Source: an uncultured Solirubrobacterales bacterium (GTDB taxonomy: Bacteria; Actinomycetota; Thermoleophilia; Solirubrobacterales; 70-9). Taken from it: DNA of 64,000 nucleotides. Every line of letters starts with the position of its first letter. Within the stretch, counting starts at the first letter, position 1. This document shows, in pieces, positions 58,752 through 64,000 of this stretch. The stretch lies in contig CAWEGM010000014.1 in assembly GCA_963808565.1 (NCBI GenBank), forward strand, positions 92,918 to 156,917. The letters run 5' to 3'. Under the pieces are notes generated by a model. The model ran no database searches, was not told where the DNA came from, and saw nothing but the letters and a program-made list of their open reading frames with translations. The translations under genes and the position numbers were made by a program.

Positions 58752-59944
58752 CGCGGCGCGCAGTCGGCGTAATCGCCCTCGTCGCGGTCGCCTTCATCGT
58801 CGGGATCGTTGCGGGGGAGCGTGTGGACCCCGTGAACGATGCGGTCGTCGACATCATCGGCGACGGCGATCAGGATCCGACGGCCGAGGCGATCGACGTG
58901 ATCGAGGCCGACTACTTCCACCCGGTGGACCCGAATGAGCTCGAGACGTCGTCGATTCAGGGCCTCGTCCAGGAGCTGAAGAAGCGCTACGACGACCGCT
59001 TCTCCCACTACTTCACTCCCGAGGAATACGACCGCTTCAAGCAGGGGGCGAGCTTCTCCGGGGTCGGGATGGGGGTGAACGAGGTGAAGCGGGGACTGCG
59101 CGTGACCACGGTCTACAAGCGCACGCCCGCGAAGGAGGCGGGAATCGCCCCAGGCGATGTGATCACCGAGGTCAACGGGCGCCCGATCGCGGGCGAGGAC
59201 GCGGAGGCCGTGACCGCCCGGATCAGGGGGCCGGAGGGAACAAAGGTCACCCTGACCGTCGTCAGCCCCGGCGAGAAGCCGCGAGAGCTCACCCTGACCC
59301 GCCGCGAGGTCGACATCCCCCAGGTGACGGGACGGATCGAGAAGGTGAACGGCACGAAGGTCGGATACGTCCGGCTCGCGGGATTCTTCGAGGGGGCTCA
59401 CGCCGAGCTTCGCAGGCAGGTGGAGCGCCTCTACGACCGGGGCGCCGAGGCCGTCGTACTCGACCTCAGGGGCAACGGCGGGGGACTGCTCACCGAGGCG
59501 ATCCTCGTCTCGAGCATCTTCGTCGAGGACGGCGTGATCGTCTCGACGCGAGGGAGGACGCAGCGGGACCGGACTTTCGAGGCGGTCGGGGACGCGCTCG
59601 CACCGCGCCCGATGGTGGTGCTGATCAATGGCGACACCGCCTCCGCGTCGGAGATCGTCACCGCGGCTCTCGAGCAGGCGGGGATCGCCGAGGTGGCCGG
59701 GACCACGTCCTACGGAAAGGGAACGTTCCAGGAGGTGATCCCGCTCGACAACGGCGGCGCGCTGGATCTGACCGTGGGGGAGTATCTGACCCGTGACGGG
59801 ACATCGATCAACGGCAGCGGGATTCAACCGCAGGTGACGGCGAAGGACATCCCGAAGACGAAGCCCGACGAGGGGCTCGAGCGCGCTCTTCAGGTGCTGG
59901 GCCAGCAGCTGGCGGGGGCTCTCACAACGGAAGACCGGAAATGA
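58748..59944 (+). CDS. ctpA: S41-family carboxy-terminal processing peptidase with PDZ domain
   Basis: TTG start overlaps the ftsX stop (TTGA). FSGVGMGV, PAKEAGIAPGDVITEVNG (PDZ), DLRGNGGGLL, INGDTASASEIV, TSYGKGTFQ. Confidence 0.85.
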   Translation: MTRRAVGVIALVAVAFIVGIVAGERVDPVNDAVVDIIGDGDQDPTAEAIDVIEADYFHPVDPNELETSSIQGLVQELKKRYDDRFSHYFTPEEYDRFKQGASFSGVGMGVNEVKRGLRVTTVYKRTPAKEAGIAPGDVITEVNGRPIAGEDAEAVTARIRGPEGTKVTLTVVSPGEKPRELTLTRREVDIPQVTGRIEKVNGTKVGYVRLAGFFEGAHAELRRQVERLYDRGAEAVVLDLRGNGGGLLTEAILVSSIFVEDGVIVSTRGRTQRDRTFEAVGDALAPRPMVVLINGDTASASEIVTAALEQAGIAEVAGTTSYGKGTFQEVIPLDNGGALDLTVGEYLTRDGTSINGSGIQPQVTAKDIPKTKPDEGLERALQVLGQQLAGALTTEDRK

Positions 59945-60048
59945 CGGCTCCCTGCGCCGCCAGGCGTCGTTCTCGGTCGCCATGCGTCCTGCAGCCTGGC
60001 ACCGCATGGATCTCGTCATTTCGCGGTCCCGGTCATGAGAGACCCCGC

Positions 60049-61770
60049 ATGAAGCGCGTCGTCCTCGTCTCGAAGCGCGGCCGCTTCCTGGTGGGAGAGC
60101 CCCTGTTCGAGCGGGGCGGGCGGATCGAGCTCGCGGGCGGGAGGCGGGCGGCCAGCCCGGGGAGGATGGCGCTCGTCGAGATCGGAACCGGGCGTGGCCG
60201 CGCAGAGGTGCTCCGCCAGCTGGGCGACCCGAAGCGAGCCGCTGACGTCGTCGCGGCGATGCTGGAGGACCGCCAGGTTCGTGTGGGGTTCTCGCGCCGC
60301 CTCGAGGATGAGGCGGGCGATGCGGCCGCCCAGGCCCGCCTGCCGGCGGTCGACCGGCGCGACCTCCGGGATCTCCCGACCTTCACTGTCGATCCGGCGA
60401 CGGCGCACGACTTCGACGACGCCGTTTCCGCGGCGCGCACGGAGGGCGGGGTCCGCCTGTGGATCCACATCGCGGACGTCGCCGCCCATGTCCGCCCCGG
60501 CGGCGCTCTCGAGCGCGAGGCGCACCACCGCGCCAACTCAACGTACGTCCCCGGGCGAGTCGCGCCGATGCTGCCGCACCTGCTCTCCAGCGACGTCTGC
60601 AGCCTCGCGCCGGATGTGGACCGGCTGGCCGTAACCGCGGAGATCGAGCTTTCCGAGGGCGGTGAGGCGCTCTCGGCCTCGTTCTACCGCAGCCGGATCC
60701 GCTCGGATCTCCGCCTCGACTACGACGAGCTGGACGAGATCTTCGCGGGCCGGAGCACGCCACCGGCGTCGATCGCGAAGCCGCTCGCCCTCGCTCGCCA
60801 GGCCGCGGCGGCGCTCGCCGCCCGCCGCCCGCGGGCCTCCATCGAGGTCGAGAGCTTCGAGCCCGAGTTCACGTTCGAGGACGGAGACGTGGTCGGCGCC
60901 CACTCGGTCCCCCAGACCGAGTCCCACCGGCTGATCGAGCACCTGATGGTTCTCACGAACGAGAGGGTCGCGGAGCTGCTCGAGCGTCGCCGCGTCCCGA
61001 CCCTCTACCGGGTCCACGAGCAGCCCGATCCGGAGCGGGTGAAGCGCCTGATCGAGCAGCTTGCCGCCCTGGATCTGCCCACGCCGTCTCTCCCCGAGAA
61101 GCTCTCCCCGCAGCAGGCGGGTGAGCTGGTCGGCGAGGCGAGCCGCCTGGTGGTCCGCGAGGCCGCTCGTCGCGGGCACGGCCGCGAGGCGTATACATCG
61201 CTTGTGCTCCGCTCGCTCAAGCAGGCTCATTACACGGACCGGAACCTCGGCCACGCCGGTCTCGGCAGCCCGGCCTATGTCCACTTCACATCGCCGATCC
61301 GCCGCTACCCGGACCTGATCGCGCACCGCTCGCTGCTCGCCTCGATCGGGGCCGGCGAGGAAGCGCCTCCGGCCCGCGGCCTGGCGGAGGTGGGAGCCCA
61401 CTGCTCGGAGCACGAGCGCGACGCCACCAGGATCGAGCGCGATGCGGACTCGGTGTGCGCCTGCTTCCTGCTCGAACGGGAGCTGTTCGAGCGTGGTCCC
61501 GGAACCAGGTTCGATGGGGAGGTCTCCGGCGTGGTCGGCGCGGGCGCCTTCGTCCGCTTCGGCGGTGCGTTGGGGGACGTCTACGAGGGGTTCCTTCCCG
61601 CCCGCCGGATCGGGGGTCGCGAGCGATACGAGCTCGACGAGACGGAGACGATGCTCGTCGGTGCCCGAGGGGGCGGCAGGGTCCGCCTGGGGGACCCTGC
61701 GAAGGTCACCGTCGACCGCATCGAGGCGCCCCGAGGGCGCGTCGACCTGCTCCCCGTGGAGGATGGGTAG
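60049..61770 (+). CDS. rnr: RNB-family 3'-5' exoribonuclease (RNase R/II-like)
   Basis: TFTVDPATAHDFDDAVS, WIHIADVAAHV, RANSTYVPGRVAPMLP, LMVLTNE, HAGLGSPAYVHFTSPIRRYPDLIAHR, C-terminal S1-like GEVSGVVGAGAFVRF. Confidence 0.85.
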   Translation: MKRVVLVSKRGRFLVGEPLFERGGRIELAGGRRAASPGRMALVEIGTGRGRAEVLRQLGDPKRAADVVAAMLEDRQVRVGFSRRLEDEAGDAAAQARLPAVDRRDLRDLPTFTVDPATAHDFDDAVSAARTEGGVRLWIHIADVAAHVRPGGALEREAHHRANSTYVPGRVAPMLPHLLSSDVCSLAPDVDRLAVTAEIELSEGGEALSASFYRSRIRSDLRLDYDELDEIFAGRSTPPASIAKPLALARQAAAALAARRPRASIEVESFEPEFTFEDGDVVGAHSVPQTESHRLIEHLMVLTNERVAELLERRRVPTLYRVHEQPDPERVKRLIEQLAALDLPTPSLPEKLSPQQAGELVGEASRLVVREAARRGHGREAYTSLVLRSLKQAHYTDRNLGHAGLGSPAYVHFTSPIRRYPDLIAHRSLLASIGAGEEAPPARGLAEVGAHCSEHERDATRIERDADSVCACFLLERELFERGPGTRFDGEVSGVVGAGAFVRFGGALGDVYEGFLPARRIGGRERYELDETETMLVGARGGGRVRLGDPAKVTVDRIEAPRGRVDLLPVEDG

Positions 61771-61772
61771 GG

Positions 61773-62258
61773 GTGGCGAAGAGGTCGAAGGGCCAACGAG
61801 CCCCCGCCAGCGGCGACGTCGCCACGAACCGGCGTGCCAGGCACCGCTTTCAGGTGCTCGAGAAGATGGAGGCGGGAATCGAGCTGCGCGGCAGCGAGGT
61901 GAAGTCGCTTCGCGAGGGAAAGGCCCAGCTCAACGAGGCCTACGCGGTGGTCGACAAGGGCGAGGTGTGGCTGCGGGGAGCCCACATCCCGCCGTATCTG
62001 CCCGCCTCCGATCAGAACCACGATCCGGACCGCCCGCGAAAGCTCCTCCTGCACCGCAGGGAGATCGAGCGGCTGATCGGGAAGACGGCCGAGCGCGGCC
62101 TGACCCTCGTTCCCACCCGCATGTACTTCAAGGGGCCACGGGCCAAGGTGGAGCTTGCCCTGGCGAGGGGCAAGGAGGGCCGTGACAGGCGCCGGGACAT
62201 CCAGGAGCGCGACCTGCGCCGCGAGGTCGAGAGGGACTTCAAGCAACGTCTAGGGTGA
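61773..62258 (+). CDS. smpB: SsrA-binding protein
   Basis: GTG 61773. NRRARHRFQVLEKMEAGIELRGSEVKSLREGKAQLNEAYA...DPDRPRKLLLHRREI...GLTLVPTRMYF. Confidence 0.92.
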   Translation: MAKRSKGQRAPASGDVATNRRARHRFQVLEKMEAGIELRGSEVKSLREGKAQLNEAYAVVDKGEVWLRGAHIPPYLPASDQNHDPDRPRKLLLHRREIERLIGKTAERGLTLVPTRMYFKGPRAKVELALARGKEGRDRRRDIQERDLRREVERDFKQRLG

Positions 62259-62393
62259 GGCGGGGCCCAGACAAGGAGGTCGGCAAGCAATGCGCCTGCA
62301 CCGTCGCTCCCAGATCGCCCTGCCCGACCCCGGCTTGCAGGGCGAAGCGCAATTCACAAGAACGAAGGTCCCGTGCAACGATTGAGCACGCCG

Positions 62394-64000
62394 ATGCTTG
62401 CTGCAATCGACACAGCCCAGGTGACGGACGACGTCTCGGACTACGTCCAGGACCATCCGACCGAGGTCTACGCCGCCGCGGGCGCGGTGATCCTGCTGCT
62501 GATCCTGGTCCTGATGATCAGGAACAGGCGCGGGAAGGGCGACAGCGCGGCAGCGACGGCTGACCAGGAGCAGCCGGAGGGCGCGAAGAAGCTGAGCCGC
62601 AAGGAGCGCCGCGAGCAGCGTCGGGCCGCGCGCCACCAGAAGGCCGAGGAGAAGCGGAAGTCGGAGGAGGAGGACCGGCGCGCCTGGGAGGAGGAGAGAA
62701 AGCGCCGGCGTGAGGAGCGCCGCAAGCGCAAGGAGGAGCGCCAGCGACGAAAGGCGGAGCGGAAGGCCGGCGGCGTGATACCGACCCCGGAGTCGGATTC
62801 CCCGGAGGCGGAGGCGCCCGAGGAGGAGGAGAAGCCGGAGAAGGTCACTGCCTCGGCCTTCGACGACGAGGGCGAGGAGCAGCAGAAGTCGACCATGCTC
62901 GCGGCCGCTCTCGGGCTCTCCGAGTCGGCCAAGGATCGGGAGAAGGACGAGCGGAGGACGACGGGGTTCCGGAGCTCGAGGACATCCCGAGCGGCGCGCG
63001 ATACCAACGGCAGACGGGCGGTCGGGACAAGGCGAGCGAGGACGAGCCCCCCGGCACCTCACCAGAGGGCGGATCGCCCCAGAAAACGAGCGCCGGAGCA
63101 GGAGAGCCCCGAGCCGGCGATCGCGGGCGGGGAGGCGCAGGCTTCGGGTGACCCCGCGTCGCCGGAGGCCCCGGAGGTCTCCCTGCGGCGCCCGAACGAC
63201 GCCCCGCCCGAGCCGACGGCCTCGCCTTCCGAGCCCGAGCCCGTCGCAGCCGTCTCGAGTTCGGCGGAGCCTCGTGACTCCGACGACGACGCGGAGGGCA
63301 TGAAGCGCGAGGCCGAAGCGCGCCTTCGCCGGGCCGAGCAGCTGGAGCGCGAGGCCGAGGAGCGCGTGAGCCGTGCAGAGGCGGAGACCGAGCAGCTGAT
63401 CAAGATGGCCGCCGACCAGGCCCGGCGACAGGCCGAGGAGGAAGCTCGCCGGGTGACCGAGGAGCGCGTGAGGGAGGAGGCGGAGAAGCTCCGCCGCGAG
63501 GCCGAGGAGAGGGCGCGGGAGGAATCCGAGCGCGTTCGCCGCGAGGCCGAGGAGCGCACGCGCGAGGCGATCGAGCAGGCGCGCAGGGAAGCGGACGAAC
63601 GCGTGTTCCAGGCGGCCGAGCAGGCGAGGCGCGAGGCGGAGGAGCGGGCAAGGTCCGAGACGCAGGAGAAGGCGAGCGCCGAGGCGGTCCAGCTCCAGGC
63701 GCGGGCCGAGGAGCGGGCCCGCGAGCAGGCAGAGCGCGAGCTAGGCGGAGAGACCCGCCGCCTCTCGAGTGCGGTCGAGGAGGCCGAGCGACGGCTGCAG
63801 GCCGAGCGGGAACAGCGTGAGCAGGCGATGGAGCAGGCGTATGCGCGGCTGGAGGAGATCGAGCAGCGCACGCGAGAGGCGGAGCAGCGCGCCAAGGACG
63901 CGGAGCGGCTCGCGCAGCTTTGGCTGGAGGAGGCGGAGGACGAGCGCGCCCTGCGTGAGGTCCTGGAGCGAGTGAGTGCCGCCGAGGAGCGGGCCAAGGA
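62394..64000 (+). CDS. membrane-anchored, highly charged coiled-coil protein (3' end beyond window)
   Basis: ATG 62394. TM AAAGAVILLLILVLMI, K/R/E-rich region, Pro/acidic linker, then a long REAEER-type coiled coil. The frame is open to the window end and so is absent from the ORF track. The segment about 62950-63110 may hold compensating frame switches. Confidence 0.6.
   Translation, partial: MLAAIDTAQVTDDVSDYVQDHPTEVYAAAGAVILLLILVLMIRNRRGKGDSAAATADQEQPEGAKKLSRKERREQRRAARHQKAEEKRKSEEEDRRAWEEERKRRREERRKRKEERQRRKAERKAGGVIPTPESDSPEAEAPEEEEKPEKVTASAFDDEGEEQQKSTMLAAALGLSESAKDREKDERRTTGFRSSRTSRAARDTNGRRAVGTRRARTSPPAPHQRADRPRKRAPEQESPEPAIAGGEAQASGDPASPEAPEVSLRRPNDAPPEPTASPSEPEPVAAVSSSAEPRDSDDDAEGMKREAEARLRRAEQLEREAEERVSRAEAETEQLIKMAADQARRQAEEEARRVTEERVREEAEKLRREAEERAREESERVRREAEERTREAIEQARREADERVFQAAEQARREAEERARSETQEKASAEAVQLQARAEERAREQAERELGGETRRLSSAVEEAERRLQAEREQREQAMEQAYARLEEIEQRTREAEQRAKDAERLAQLWLEEAEDERALREVLERVSAAEERAK

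Noticed and set aside
62259-62393. Looked for tmRNA (ssrA) immediately downstream of smpB
   Set aside because: There is no GGGG...acceptor-like 5' end, no T-arm GGTTCGAxTCC and no CCA-proximal 3' end. The spacer is only about 135 nt, whereas tmRNA is about 350-400 nt. ssrA must be elsewhere.
62250-63997. Two long minus-strand ORFs (62250..63062, 63059..63997) rich in Ser/Arg/Ala
   Set aside because: They are antisense to a + strand frame that has a start codon, a TM helix and a coherent coiled-coil sequence with G/C-ending codons. The minus-strand products are low-complexity mirror images.

Overview
Very GC-rich bacterial chromosomal segment (roughly 70% G+C by eye, not computed). Gene content and order look like a core region of an Actinomycetota-type genome: glyA...wecA-atpBEFHAGDC, tatAC, comF-hpf-secA, prfB, ftsEX-ctpA-rnr-smpB, nadC/nadA and a split transketolase. 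A deep-branching lineage such as Thermoleophilia or Rubrobacteria is only my guess. I count about 65 protein-coding genes. I recognised no rRNA, tRNA, tmRNA, CRISPR array, transposase or integrase. Many long ORFs in the six-frame track are antisense shadow ORFs, which are typical of high-GC DNA. Main observations follow. (1) Frame disruptions are strongly clustered. glyA to asnB (1-5072), atpC 3' end to pmi (about 14100-20748), the PQQ dehydrogenase (25450-26739) and 55610-56900 are riddled with frame switches. Runs of 9-10 kb (atp operon, secA region) are clean, and prfB carries the genuine programmed +1 frameshift. (2) A family of 40-50 nt intercistronic palindromic repeats (consensus TTAAACGGGTTGCTCC-loop-GGAGCACCCTCGCATCTAG) occurs at six clear loci between 8.8 and 27.9 kb. 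It shows compensatory stem changes, one nested copy, and MIRU-like stop/ATG mini-ORFs that bridge neighbouring genes. (3) The best candidate for an undescribed system is a translationally coupled three-gene module at 46861-49863. It comprises a MauE-MauD fusion, a Tat-signal Cys-rich protein resembling the methylamine dehydrogenase light chain but with a single Trp, and a DsbD-like membrane domain fused to a beta-rich domain. No mauB, mauG or amicyanin is present. (4) A 1.2 kb cassette flanked by a 16-nt direct repeat carries a secreted protein with a perfect 9-bp (Asn-Ala-Thr)n tandem repeat. (5) An ECF sigma factor is ATGA-coupled to an O6-alkylguanine methyltransferase in the position where an anti-sigma factor would normally sit. 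All family assignments come from motif recognition by eye, since no searches could be run.
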